From NCBI GenBank assembly GCA_016191085.1, contig JACPPJ010000070.1:6123-70122 (forward strand): DNA of 64,000 nt, given 5' to 3'. The position numbers were made by a program, and so were the translations under genes. Below, one piece after another: positions 47,803 through 57,563 of the stretch. This DNA is from Acidobacteriota bacterium. GTDB taxonomy: Bacteria > Acidobacteriota > Terriglobia > 2-12-FULL-54-10. Each line of letters opens with the position of its first letter. Within the stretch, counting starts at the first letter, position 1. The notes below the pieces were generated by a model, which worked only from the letters and a program-made list of their open reading frames with translations, was not told where the DNA came from and did no database searches.

Positions 47803-49275
47803 TTATCGCATGACTGCGAGAACGGTGCGATTGGCGAATTCGATGAACGGATTTGGGTAGATTCCGATGATCAGCGTCATAGCGGCGGTCACGCCCAGCG
47901 CCACGCGGATTCCTGGAGACATGCTGGGCAGTTCTTTATCGATCGGCTCGCGCATGAACATCACGCTTACGATTCGGAAGTAATAGTAGAGCGCGACCGC
48001 GACATAGAGGACTGCGATGACAGCCAGCGTATAGTGCCCCGTTTCCAACAGGGAAAGAAAGATGAAATACTTTCCGAGGAAACCGGCGGTCGGCGGAATA
48101 CCGGCAAGCGAGAGAAGAAAGATCACCATCAATACGGCGGCAGTCGGGCTCTTGTACATCAATCCCGCCATGTCGTCTATCTCATCGCCGATCAGGTCGC
48201 GGCGCCGCATCGCGACAATCACGGTGAAAGCGCCAAGATTCATGAAGGCGTACACCAACAGGTAAATCGAGATGCCTTTCAGTCCTGTATCGTTGCCTGA
48301 GACCAGCCCTAACATTAGATACCCAACATGCGATATAGCCGAGTAGCCAAGCAGCCGTTTGATATTCGACTGGCTGATAGCAGCGAGATTGCCAAGCGTC
48401 ATGGTGGCAATGGAGACACCAATCAATAATGGCAGCCATTGATCGCGTACAGGCCCGAGCGGCACCATAAAAATCCGCAAAAACAACGCGAATGCTGCGG
48501 CTTTTGGTCCGACAGACATAAAAGCAGTTGTAGGGTGCGGCGCGCCTTCGTAAACGTCAGGCAACCATTGATGGAAGGGGACCGCGCCGATTTTGAAGAA
48601 CAATCCTGCCGCGAGCGTCACCACCGCCATCATAACCAGCGGATCACCCGCAGGCCGCTGCGCTAGCTTGGACTGAATCTCCACGAGATTCGTTGAGTTG
48701 CTGATGCCGTACAGTAGCGACATTCCATATGCCAGGATGCCGCTTGAAAATGCTCCCAGGAGCAGGTACTTGAGCGCGGCCTCGTTGGAGCGCCGGTCAC
48801 GCTTCAGAAAACCGGTGAGAATGTATATGGAAATGACCATCAGCTCGAGGGAGACGAACAGCGTGATCAGGTCCATGCCGGTGGCCAGCAGGATCATTCC
48901 GGCTGTGGCGAAAAGGATAATCGCGTAGTGCTCGCCGTGGTTTTCTTCTTCAATCTCCAGGTACCGGATGGAGATGATGATGGTGATGGCCGTGGAGATC
49001 AGGAATATCCAGGTGAAGAAGATGCTAAAGCTATCGAGAACGATTGCGCCACGAAACGCCTCATAGACGCCGGCGCCATCGCGATTCATTTGCGACTGAA
49101 TCATCCACATCGCGACGGATGCGAAGCCGACACCGACGAGAGCCGTAACGGCATTGAAGTACTTATTGTGCTTTTCCAGTAGCAGGTCCGTCAGCATGAC
49201 GCCCATTCCGAAGAGGACGAGCAGAATGACGGGTTTCAATACCAGGAAATCGCCCGGCGTGAAATATTCGTTCAT
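47803..49275 (-). CDS. nuoN: NADH-quinone oxidoreductase subunit N
   Basis: 490-aa antiporter-like subunit. Last gene of the partial nuo cluster. Confidence 0.85.
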   Translation of the reverse strand: MNEYFTPGDFLVLKPVILLVLFGMGVMLTDLLLEKHNKYFNAVTALVGVGFASVAMWMIQSQMNRDGAGVYEAFRGAIVLDSFSIFFTWIFLISTAITIIISIRYLEIEEENHGEHYAIILFATAGMILLATGMDLITLFVSLELMVISIYILTGFLKRDRRSNEAALKYLLLGAFSSGILAYGMSLLYGISNSTNLVEIQSKLAQRPAGDPLVMMAVVTLAAGLFFKIGAVPFHQWLPDVYEGAPHPTTAFMSVGPKAAAFALFLRIFMVPLGPVRDQWLPLLIGVSIATMTLGNLAAISQSNIKRLLGYSAISHVGYLMLGLVSGNDTGLKGISIYLLVYAFMNLGAFTVIVAMRRRDLIGDEIDDMAGLMYKSPTAAVLMVIFLLSLAGIPPTAGFLGKYFIFLSLLETGHYTLAVIAVLYVAVALYYYFRIVSVMFMREPIDKELPSMSPGIRVALGVTAAMTLIIGIYPNPFIEFANRTVLAVMR

Positions 49276-49278
49276 ATA

Positions 49279-50907
49279 TTATCGTCCGCCCTCCGTAGCC
49301 GGCGTGCCAGTCTGGATAGCTGCCGGAGCGGTGGCGGCTATTGGGGATGCAGGGATGGGAGTAGCCGTCCTGGAGGCCCCGGGACCTCCGAACGCCTCAG
49401 GGTGCGCTGCGTAATAATCCGGCCGCACACGTTGAATGATGTTGGCAACCGGTCTCTCTAGAACTTTGAAGAATGGCTTCGGATACAGTCCGATCCAGAA
49501 AGCCCAGATGACGAGCGGAACCAGCGTCATCACCTCACGGAAGTTGAGATCCTTCAACTTCTCGTTCTTGGGATTGTTCAGGGTTCCGAACATAGTCCGC
49601 TGATACAGCCATAGTAGGTAAGCTGCGCCGAGAATGATCCCCGCGACGGCGAATGCGGCCCAAACCTTGCTCTCCTCGAACGCTCCCTGCAAGATGACGA
49701 ACTCGCCAATGAAGCCGTTCAAGGTCGGAAGACCCAGGGAAGACATCATCATAATCATAAAGAAGGTGGCGAATACGGGCATGACGGTCGAGATACCGCC
49801 AAACTCCGAAATTTCGCGGGTGTGCCGCCGCTCGTAAATGAGTCCGACGATCAAGAAGAGTGCGCCGGTCGAGATGCCGTGATTGACCTGCTGAATGATG
49901 CTGCCGGCCACGCCGTTCGGATTCAGGGCGAACAGACCGAGAGTACAGAATCCCAGGTGGCTGACTGAAGAATAGGCCACCAGCCTCTTCATATCCTTCT
50001 GCATTAGGCTGACCAGCGCGCCGTAAATAATAGCGACAATCGACAGGAAGATCATGGCGCGGACAATGCGGGAATCGCTTGATGCATTCGGCAGCATGGG
50101 CAATGAGAATCGCAGGAAACCATATGTTCCCATTTTCAGCAGAACGCCAGCCAGTATGACCGAGCCGGCGGTGGGCGCTTCCACGTGCGCGTCAGGAAGC
50201 CAGGTGTGGAACGGGAACATCGGCACTTTGATGGCGAAACCGACGAAGAACGCCAAAAACACCCAGATCTGTATATTCGTCGGCATCGTCAGTTGCTGGA
50301 GCGCAGGAATGTCGAACGTGTAGATGCCCGTCTGCGTGTGATTCCAGAAGTACAGCATCAGGATACCGAGGAGCATCAGTACCGAACCGACCAGCGTGTA
50401 GATGAAGAACTTGATTGCGGCGTAGAGCTTGCGTGGACCTCCCCAGATTCCAATGAGAAAGTACATCGGGACCAGCATGACTTCCCAAAACACGTAAAAC
50501 AGGAAGAAATCCAGAGCCATGAATACGCCGAGCATCCCAGATTGGAGGGTCAGCATGAAGACGTAGTATTCCTTCACGCGGTCTTCAATGGCTGTCCAAG
50601 ACGACAGGATGGCGATGGAGCCCAGTAGCGTAGTCAGCATGATCAGCAGCAGGCTGATGCCGTCGATGCCGAGCGCGTAGTTGGCGCCGATGGACGGAAT
50701 CCAAATGGCCTTTTCCACGAACTGGAAGCCGTCTTTGGAGCTGTCAAACCAGAACGCTAACGGCAGAGAGACCACGAAGCCGGCCAGAGCGATCAAATTG
50801 GCCAGCCAGCGGATCAGGTTCTTCTGCTCCTTCGGCACGAAAAGCAGCAAAATCGCGCCCGCCAGCGGCAGGAAGAGCACGATGCTCAAGATGTGATTGT
50901 TGAACAT
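49279..50907 (-). CDS. nuoM: NADH-quinone oxidoreductase subunit M
   Basis: 542-aa NuoM/ND4-like. Confidence 0.85.
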   Translation of the reverse strand: MFNNHILSIVLFLPLAGAILLLFVPKEQKNLIRWLANLIALAGFVVSLPLAFWFDSSKDGFQFVEKAIWIPSIGANYALGIDGISLLLIMLTTLLGSIAILSSWTAIEDRVKEYYVFMLTLQSGMLGVFMALDFFLFYVFWEVMLVPMYFLIGIWGGPRKLYAAIKFFIYTLVGSVLMLLGILMLYFWNHTQTGIYTFDIPALQQLTMPTNIQIWVFLAFFVGFAIKVPMFPFHTWLPDAHVEAPTAGSVILAGVLLKMGTYGFLRFSLPMLPNASSDSRIVRAMIFLSIVAIIYGALVSLMQKDMKRLVAYSSVSHLGFCTLGLFALNPNGVAGSIIQQVNHGISTGALFLIVGLIYERRHTREISEFGGISTVMPVFATFFMIMMMSSLGLPTLNGFIGEFVILQGAFEESKVWAAFAVAGIILGAAYLLWLYQRTMFGTLNNPKNEKLKDLNFREVMTLVPLVIWAFWIGLYPKPFFKVLERPVANIIQRVRPDYYAAHPEAFGGPGASRTATPIPASPIAATAPAAIQTGTPATEGGR

Positions 50908-50968
50908 TCTCTGTGAGTCCCTCTGTCAAGCGATCTCTGGACTGGCAAGGGCCAGCCGGAATCGGAAG

Positions 50969-53023
50969 TCAGCGTATTAAGTAATAGCTGAAAAAAATCA
51001 ACACTCCGAACACGATAAATAATGCGTAGACTTGCACCAAGCCCGTCTGCAACAGCCGGACGGGGTAGGAAAGCACCTTCACTGTGAACGAACTCAGCCG
51101 CACCGCGCCATCGATCACCCACGTGTCCCACCAGATTGACAGGCGCGAGGTGAGCAGCGTCAACCAAGCGGAGCCGTTCACGCCTCCGTCCACGATGCGC
51201 GCGTCAAAGCGGCCCAGCGCGGTGCCGCCACCCTTCGCAAAGCCATCGACGAACACGGCGTTATAGACTTCGTCCACGTAATACTTGTTGTAAAGCAGCC
51301 GCTGCACGCCCGGTACAGTCTGCACAATACGATCCGCGGCCTCAGGGCGCCGGATGAAGAAATACCATGCGATGAAGACGCCGAAGGCGCCTACGGCAAC
51401 TGAGAGAAACATAAACAGGTATTCTTGCGCCGCCGCCCCGTGTTCCGCTTCGTGTGCCAGCAGCTTTGAAGAATGCTCGAACACCGGTTCGAGCCACGTC
51501 TCCAAACGATTGCTCCCGCCGAGAATCCTCGGCCAGCCCACCCATCCGCCGACGATCGACAGCACTGCTAGGGTCATCAGCGGGATGGTCATGGTTTTTG
51601 GCGATTCGTGGATGTGGTGTTCTACTTCATGATCCACGCGCGATTGTCCGAAGAATGTCAGAAACACCAGACGCCAGATGTAGAGTGCCGTCAGTCCGGC
51701 TGTTACGAAGCCGACGACCCAGAGCAGCAGTCCCGCGTGAGTCTCGGCAGAAAATGCCTTCCAAAGGATTTCATCCTTACTGAAGAAGCCCGCAAACGGC
51801 GGCGCGCCTATGATAGCCAGCGATGCAATAAAGAAGGTCCAGAACGTAACTGGAATCTTGTGTCGCAGGGCGCCCATCTTGCGCATGTCCTGCTCGCCGG
51901 AAAGCGCGTGAATGACGCTGCCCGATCCAAGGAAGAGCAGGGCCTTGAAGAAGGCGTGCGTCATGAGATGGAAAATTCCCGCGCCGTATGCACCTACGCC
52001 GCAGGCCAGAAACATGTAGCCGAGCTGGCTGACGGTGGAGTAAGCCAGCACGCGCTTGATGTCGTACTGAGCCAGACCAATCGTAGCCGCGAAAATCGCT
52101 GTCAAAGCGCCTACGCCGGCGACCATCGCCATAGTTTGCGGCGACAGGGAGAAGAGGACATTCGAGCGCGCCACCATGTAGACCCCGGCGGTGACCATCG
52201 TCGCAGCGTGGATCAAGGCGCTGACCGGTGTCGGGCCTTCCATTGCGTCGGGCAGCCAAACGTAAAGCGGGATCTGCGCCGATTTTCCGGTTGCGCCGAT
52301 GAACAGCAGCAGTGTCATAAGCGCGACAGTCGCGTCACCGGAAGTTAGCAATCCGGTTTCGACCTGCCGGTTCACCTCGCCAAAAACGCTGGTAAATCGG
52401 AGTGAGCCGAACGTCGCGAGCATCAGCAGCACGCCGAGTACGAACCCGGCGTCGCCGATTCGGTTCACGATGAATGCTTTAATGCCGGCCTTGGTAGCCG
52501 AATCGCGGAGGAAATAGAACCCGATCAGCAGATAAGAGCAGAGACCAACGCCTTCCCACCCGACGAACAGCAGCAGGTAGTTATTGGCCAGAACCAGCGT
52601 GAGCATGAAGAATATGAAAAGGTTCAGGTAGCCGAAGAAGCGGTGGTAACCGGCTTCATGTCCCATGTAGCCCACGGAGTATACGTGGATGAGGAAGCCA
52701 ACGCCCGTCACCACCAGAATCATCACCGAGGAAAGCGGATCGAGCAGGAATCCCCAGTCGGCCTGCAGGTGACCCATCTGGCCGTTGGTCAGGTGGAATG
52801 GGCCGCCGGGCAGCCAGGTATAAAGAATCTTTTCGTAAGAGTGCTCGGACAGGCGAGCGAGCTGTAAAACGGCCCCCAGCGACATGAGGAAAGATACCAG
52901 CACCGTTCCGGGGCAGATCACGCTCACGGCGGCTTTGGGCAGTTTCTTGCCAAACAGCAGCATTAGAATGGCGCCTGCAGCCGGGAACAGCGGAATCATC
53001 CAAATGGAATCGAGAAAATTCAT
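50969..53023 (-). CDS. nuoL: NADH-quinone oxidoreductase subunit L
   Basis: 684 aa with a long C-terminal amphipathic helix region. NuoL/ND5-like. Confidence 0.85.
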   Translation of the reverse strand: MNFLDSIWMIPLFPAAGAILMLLFGKKLPKAAVSVICPGTVLVSFLMSLGAVLQLARLSEHSYEKILYTWLPGGPFHLTNGQMGHLQADWGFLLDPLSSVMILVVTGVGFLIHVYSVGYMGHEAGYHRFFGYLNLFIFFMLTLVLANNYLLLFVGWEGVGLCSYLLIGFYFLRDSATKAGIKAFIVNRIGDAGFVLGVLLMLATFGSLRFTSVFGEVNRQVETGLLTSGDATVALMTLLLFIGATGKSAQIPLYVWLPDAMEGPTPVSALIHAATMVTAGVYMVARSNVLFSLSPQTMAMVAGVGALTAIFAATIGLAQYDIKRVLAYSTVSQLGYMFLACGVGAYGAGIFHLMTHAFFKALLFLGSGSVIHALSGEQDMRKMGALRHKIPVTFWTFFIASLAIIGAPPFAGFFSKDEILWKAFSAETHAGLLLWVVGFVTAGLTALYIWRLVFLTFFGQSRVDHEVEHHIHESPKTMTIPLMTLAVLSIVGGWVGWPRILGGSNRLETWLEPVFEHSSKLLAHEAEHGAAAQEYLFMFLSVAVGAFGVFIAWYFFIRRPEAADRIVQTVPGVQRLLYNKYYVDEVYNAVFVDGFAKGGGTALGRFDARIVDGGVNGSAWLTLLTSRLSIWWDTWVIDGAVRLSSFTVKVLSYPVRLLQTGLVQVYALFIVFGVLIFFSYYLIR

Positions 53024-53027
53024 CGCG

Positions 53028-53336
53028 CTACCATTTCATCAGGTCAATTTCGTCGGCGTTTATGGTTTCCTTGTTGCGGAACAAAGCGATGATGATGCCC
53101 AGTCCCACCGCAGCCTCCGCCGCAGCGTCCACAATGATGAAGACAGCAAAGGCTTGTCCGTTAATCGAGAGCAACTGCTTTGAGAACGCCACCAGGTTGA
53201 TGTTCACCGCGTTGAGGATCAGCTCGATGGACATGAGAATAATCACCACGTTACGGCGGGTGAGCACGCCGATGGTGCCGATGGTGAAAAGCGCCGTGCT
53301 CAAAAATATGTAATGAGCCGTTGTAACCTCTGGCAC
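53028..53336 (-). CDS. nuoK: NADH-quinone oxidoreductase subunit K
   Basis: 102 aa, three TM helices, ND4L-like. Confidence 0.85.
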   Translation of the reverse strand: MPEVTTAHYIFLSTALFTIGTIGVLTRRNVVIILMSIELILNAVNINLVAFSKQLLSINGQAFAVFIIVDAAAEAAVGLGIIIALFRNKETINADEIDLMKW

Positions 53337-53346
53337 GAATCTTCTC

Positions 53347-53931
53347 CTAGATTTCCTTCTTCGCCATTACGACCGCGCCTACAATCGCTACAAGAAGCAG
53401 CACGGAAGCGATCTCGAATGGCAGCAGGTAATCGCGGTACAGAGCGCAGGCGATCAGTTCAGTATTAGGTTGCAGGAAACCTCCAGGCCCAAGTCCTGGA
53501 ATATCCCGGCAGGACTTCAAAAACTCAATGACGGCGGCGTCCGGGTTTAACGTGCCGGTGCCAGTATCGCCAAACCGGAACGATTCCCTGCCCTTTACGA
53601 TGAAATAAGCGAGTTCCGCCATGAGCGCCAAGGCGCATCCGACAGCAATGGTCCACTGATGATTGAACTGGCGCTGCTTGGCGGCTTCATCCAGATTGAC
53701 TAGCATGATCACGAACAGAAACAGCACCATGATGCCGCCGATATAGACCAGCACCTGCACAGCGGCCAAAAATTCGGCGTGCTGATTCAGATAAATACCC
53801 GCGACACCGAGGAGGGTAACGATCAGCCAAATGGCGCTGTGCACCGCGTTGCGGCGTGTAATCGTCAGGATCGCCCCGCCGAGAATAATGGCGGACAGCA
53901 GGTAGAAGAAAAACCCTGGTAAGACGTTCAT
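53347..53931 (-). CDS. nuoJ: NADH-quinone oxidoreductase subunit J
   Basis: 194 aa, ND6-like. Confidence 0.8.
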   Translation of the reverse strand: MNVLPGFFFYLLSAIILGGAILTITRRNAVHSAIWLIVTLLGVAGIYLNQHAEFLAAVQVLVYIGGIMVLFLFVIMLVNLDEAAKQRQFNHQWTIAVGCALALMAELAYFIVKGRESFRFGDTGTGTLNPDAAVIEFLKSCRDIPGLGPGGFLQPNTELIACALYRDYLLPFEIASVLLLVAIVGAVVMAKKEI

Positions 53932-53987
53932 AACGTTGATTTAGCGCGATCAGCTTTCAACTCTGACTGCTGATCGCTGGTTGCTGG

Positions 53988-55160
53988 TTAAGAGCCTTTC
54001 AATACCATTACGATTCCGGTGACAATCACGTTTGCAATCGCCAGAGGAATCAGCCAGTGCCATCCGATGTTCATCAACTGGTCGTACCGGTAGCGCGGGA
54101 AAGTGAAGCGGACCCAGATGAAACCGTAAATACACAAAGCGACCTTCAAGCTGAACCAGAACAACCCTTGAATCCAGGTCAGCACTGCGGGCATCGCGAA
54201 CAGGCCGGCCAGCATGAGGCAGACGATACCAAGGCCGGCCATGCCGATCTTTTCTGGCGGACGGCTTTCGCGGCCCGCTCCCATAAACGACAACCCAGCG
54301 AGGACGATCATGGCTATGATGGGGGTATAGCGCAGGAAATCGAGCGCCTGAACGTTGGGAAACGGCCGTAGCCAGCCGCCGAAAAAGAGCGTAACGGCTA
54401 TGGCAGAGACCACCACGATGTTGGAATATTCGGCCAGGAAATAAAGAGAGAAGCGGAAACCGCTATACTCCGTGTGATATCCGGCAACAATTTCGGATTC
54501 AGCTTCCGGCATATCGAACGGCGCGCGGTTGGTTTCAGCCAGCGCGGCGACCACATAGATGAAGCAGGCCACCGGCTGATAAAAGACGAACCACATGCCG
54601 GCGTCAAGCTGCGCCTTTACGATCCCTTGCATGCTGAGCGTGCTGGCCACCATCAATCCGCCGATCAGCGCGAATCCAAGCGCAACTTCATAACTCACGA
54701 GCTGCGCCGCGGAACGGAGAGCGCCCAGTAAAGGGTAATGACTGTTCGAACTCCAGCCGCCCAGAATAATGCCGAGAATGCCGACCGAAGATACCGCCGT
54801 TATGAAGAGCAGCCCGATGTTCACATCAGTGATATAGAACTTATCGCTGAAGGGAATGACCGAGAAGGACACGAACGCTGCGGTAACGGAGATGACCGGC
54901 GCCAGCCAAAATACCCATTTGTCGGCGTTTGCGGGAATGATGTCTTCTTTGATCAGCAGCTTGACAGCGTCTGCGATAGGTTGGAGCAGCCCGTGAGGAC
55001 CCACCCGCATCGGTCCCAACCGCACCTGGATGTCGGCCATGACTTTCCGTTCGAGCAGCACGATGTATCCGGCGACCAACGGAAACACCAGTATGATAAT
55101 CAGGATAAAAATTGTTGGCCAGAAGTATGGCTGAAACGCGGCGGGTAGTTGCAAGGGCAA
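53988..55160 (-). CDS. nuoH: NADH-quinone oxidoreductase subunit H
   Basis: ND1-like motifs (LERKVMADIQVRLGP). Confidence 0.85.
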   Translation of the reverse strand: MPLQLPAAFQPYFWPTIFILIIILVFPLVAGYIVLLERKVMADIQVRLGPMRVGPHGLLQPIADAVKLLIKEDIIPANADKWVFWLAPVISVTAAFVSFSVIPFSDKFYITDVNIGLLFITAVSSVGILGIILGGWSSNSHYPLLGALRSAAQLVSYEVALGFALIGGLMVASTLSMQGIVKAQLDAGMWFVFYQPVACFIYVVAALAETNRAPFDMPEAESEIVAGYHTEYSGFRFSLYFLAEYSNIVVVSAIAVTLFFGGWLRPFPNVQALDFLRYTPIIAMIVLAGLSFMGAGRESRPPEKIGMAGLGIVCLMLAGLFAMPAVLTWIQGLFWFSLKVALCIYGFIWVRFTFPRYRYDQLMNIGWHWLIPLAIANVIVTGIVMVLKGS

Positions 55161-55190
55161 CTCGGGGGCCTCCTCGAACGGACTTATAAG

Positions 55191-55365
55191 GGCACAGCTT
55201 TAGCAGGCTGCTGAAAAATGCCTGTGGATGCCATCCTGAAGACCGGCGCTTTTTGCCGGGCTGAAGGATCTGCTTTTGTTTTCAATACGGCCAGAGAAAG
55301 CAGATTCCTCGCTGCGCGCGGAATGACATCATCGGAACATTTTTCAGCAGCCTGTTAGCCGTGCC
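55191..55365. repeat. MITE-like or structured intercistronic element in the nuoD-nuoH gap: about 28-30-bp terminal inverted repeats flanking about 115 bp with internal hairpins
   Basis: Left arm GGCACAGCTTTAGCAGGCTGCTGAAAAATG. The reverse complement of the right arm (55338..55365) is GGCACGGCTAACAGGCTGCTGAAAAATG. Internal hairpins CCGGCgctttttGCCGG and CTGCTTT..AAAGCAG. Confidence 0.45.
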
Positions 55366-55439
55366 GTAGCTCCAGCCTTCGCTGGCCCTTAGGCTCTGAA
55401 GTTCAAGCTCTCAGTGGCGGAAGCCGGAACGTTCCTGTC

Positions 55440-55470
55440 ATATTTCGGCATGGCTGAAGCCATGCCCTTA
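55440..55470. repeat. palindromic repeat unit GGCATGGCTGAAGCCATGCC (same family as 58977..58997, 59071..59092, 62254..62273, 62364..62384)
   Basis: Perfect palindrome read in the sequence. Related copies sit in every intergenic gap of the nuo clusters. Confidence 0.5.
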
Positions 55471-55483
55471 GGACTTTTCAACT

Positions 55484-56605
55484 CTACCGGTCTACTTCGC
55501 CCAAGACAATGTCGATGGTGCCGATGATAGCGACCACATCGGCGATTAAGTGCCCGCGCACCATTCGGTCGAGGGCCTGCAAATTAATGAATGATGGCGG
55601 CCGCACTCTAACGCGGTATGGCTGCGTGCTCCCGTCGCTTACCACCAGATATCCAAGCTCTCCCTTGGGCGCTTCAATCGAGTGGTAAACTTCACCCGGA
55701 GGCGGCTTCATGATCTTGGGTACCTTCGCCATGATGGGGCCGTCAGGCAGGCGGTCTACGGCTTGGCGAGTAATACGGATGGCCTGCCGCATCTCTTCCA
55801 TTCTCACCATGTACCGGTCGAACGTGTCGCCGTTTTCACCTGTGGGAATATCGAATTCAAAATCGCTATACGCTGCGTACGGCTTCGCTTTGCGCAGGTC
55901 CCACTTTACTCCGCTGGCGCGCAGCAACGGACCCGTGACACCCAGATCAATGGCTGCTTCCGCCGTGAGAATGCCAATCCCCTTGGTCCGCTCCAGCCAG
56001 ATCCGGTTTCCGGTGAGCAGGGCCTCATATTCTGCGACCTTGCTCGGGAATACGTCGCAGAACTTCCTCACCTGGTCTTCGAAACCCTCGTAGGTCTCAT
56101 ACTGCAGACCGCCGATGCGGAACGCATGAGTAGTCAGCCGAGCCCCGCAGTAGGACTCGAATATCTTCAAAATCTCTTCGCGCTCACGGAAGCAATAGAA
56201 CAAAGGCGTGATGGCGCCGATGTCGAGCGCATGCGTGCCCAGCCAGAGCAGGTGACTGGATATGCGGTTCAGCTCCGTCAGGATGGTGCGGACGTAGCGC
56301 GCGCGGGGCGGCGCTTCGACGTTCAACAGTTTCTCGACGGCCTCGCAGTATCCCAGGCCGTTGGACACTGCGGCCACGTAGTCCATCCTGTCTACGTAGG
56401 GGTTGAATTGTACCCAGGTGCGGTGCTCAGCGATCTTTTCCACACCGCGATGCAGGTATCCGATCACGCAATCGGCGCCCAGGATCTTCTCGCCATCGAG
56501 CTTCAGGATGACGCGCAGCACTCCGTGCGTGGAGGGGTGCTGCGGTCCCATATTGATGATGACTTCGTTGGAGTCCAGGAACGTGGCCGTGGGCACGCTG
56601 CTCAT
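55484..56605 (-). CDS. nuoD: NADH-quinone oxidoreductase subunit D
   Basis: 49-kDa subunit motifs ([13 protein letters not shown]...). Confidence 0.85.
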   Translation of the reverse strand: MSSVPTATFLDSNEVIINMGPQHPSTHGVLRVILKLDGEKILGADCVIGYLHRGVEKIAEHRTWVQFNPYVDRMDYVAAVSNGLGYCEAVEKLLNVEAPPRARYVRTILTELNRISSHLLWLGTHALDIGAITPLFYCFREREEILKIFESYCGARLTTHAFRIGGLQYETYEGFEDQVRKFCDVFPSKVAEYEALLTGNRIWLERTKGIGILTAEAAIDLGVTGPLLRASGVKWDLRKAKPYAAYSDFEFDIPTGENGDTFDRYMVRMEEMRQAIRITRQAVDRLPDGPIMAKVPKIMKPPPGEVYHSIEAPKGELGYLVVSDGSTQPYRVRVRPPSFINLQALDRMVRGHLIADVVAIIGTIDIVLGEVDR

Positions 56606-57258
56606 TGGCCGCTCTCAATGTGCAGGTTTTCACGCACCCACTTCACGTCCTGCTGGATGATGCTGTAGTCCTTGCGGAGGGGATGTCCCTCCCATTCGTC
56701 CGGCAATAGAATGCGCTTGAGATTGGGGTGATTTGCGAACCGGATGCCGAACATGTCAAAGGCTTCCCGCTCCAGCCAGTCGGCTGCTGCCCACACTGCC
56801 ACAACGCTCTCGATGCTCTCGTCCTCGGCAAGCGGCGCTTTCAGGCGAAGTTGCTCGTTGCGCGGAAAGGAGTAGAGCTGGTAAATCACTTCAAAACGCT
56901 TCTCGCGCCTGGGGTAGTCAACCGCCGTCAGGTCAGTGAGCATGTCGAACTTGCATTCGGATTTCAAATAGAGCGCGATGGGAAGAATGCTTTCGCTCGG
57001 GAGAATCAGAAAATTCTGATGCAAGTAGGTCAAAGCCTCGATCGCGATGCCCGGAAAGGCTCCGCGAATCGCGGTAACTAGCTCGCTTTCCCACGGAGTT
57101 GGCGCCGGTCCCGCTGCTTTGGGGGGAGCGGCTTTGGCCGCTTCTTTGGCTTCTGCTTCGGGCTTGGCGCCAGCGCCTGGCTTGGCAGCCGCCGGCTGAG
57201 ACGGCCCAGCCGGCGCGGTACCGCTTGTGGGTTGCTCTGGCTGTTTTTCGTCCGGCAT
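56602..57258 (-). CDS. nuoC: NADH-quinone oxidoreductase subunit C with about 60-aa Pro/Ala/Lys-rich N-terminal extension
   Basis: 30-kDa subunit core (..[10 protein letters not shown]...FEVIYQLYS...[12 protein letters not shown]...). Start chosen at MPDEKQPEQ (57258), not the ORF-track 57582. Confidence 0.75.
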   Translation of the reverse strand: MPDEKQPEQPTSGTAPAGPSQPAAAKPGAGAKPEAEAKEAAKAAPPKAAGPAPTPWESELVTAIRGAFPGIAIEALTYLHQNFLILPSESILPIALYLKSECKFDMLTDLTAVDYPRREKRFEVIYQLYSFPRNEQLRLKAPLAEDESIESVVAVWAAADWLEREAFDMFGIRFANHPNLKRILLPDEWEGHPLRKDYSIIQQDVKWVRENLHIESGQ

Positions 57259-57563
57259 TGAGTGACACCTATCGTGAACCTGGACGCTCGCGAAACTCTC
57301 ATAAATATCACACGCCCCAAAGGGTGTCAACAACAACCGGGGTATGGTATAGCCTATGCACTTCGTATCCCCCCTGTGGAGTTGAAGTGTGTTAGTCAGA
57401 AGAGCCATCAAGGCCACTTGGCGGCTCTTCCAGCAAATCTCGGAGACCAAGGTATCTGGGGATTCGGGTGCTGATCTCGCCTCGGCCGGATAGGCCGGAC
57501 CATTGAACAAAAACCGATCAAACTCGAAGGAGTTGCCCTCGGCACAGAGTTGAATGCCGATCA

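Noticed and set aside
51608-52348. 246-aa plus-strand ORF
   Set aside because: Antisense shadow of nuoL.
55682-56668. 328-aa plus-strand ORF
   Set aside because: Antisense shadow of nuoD.
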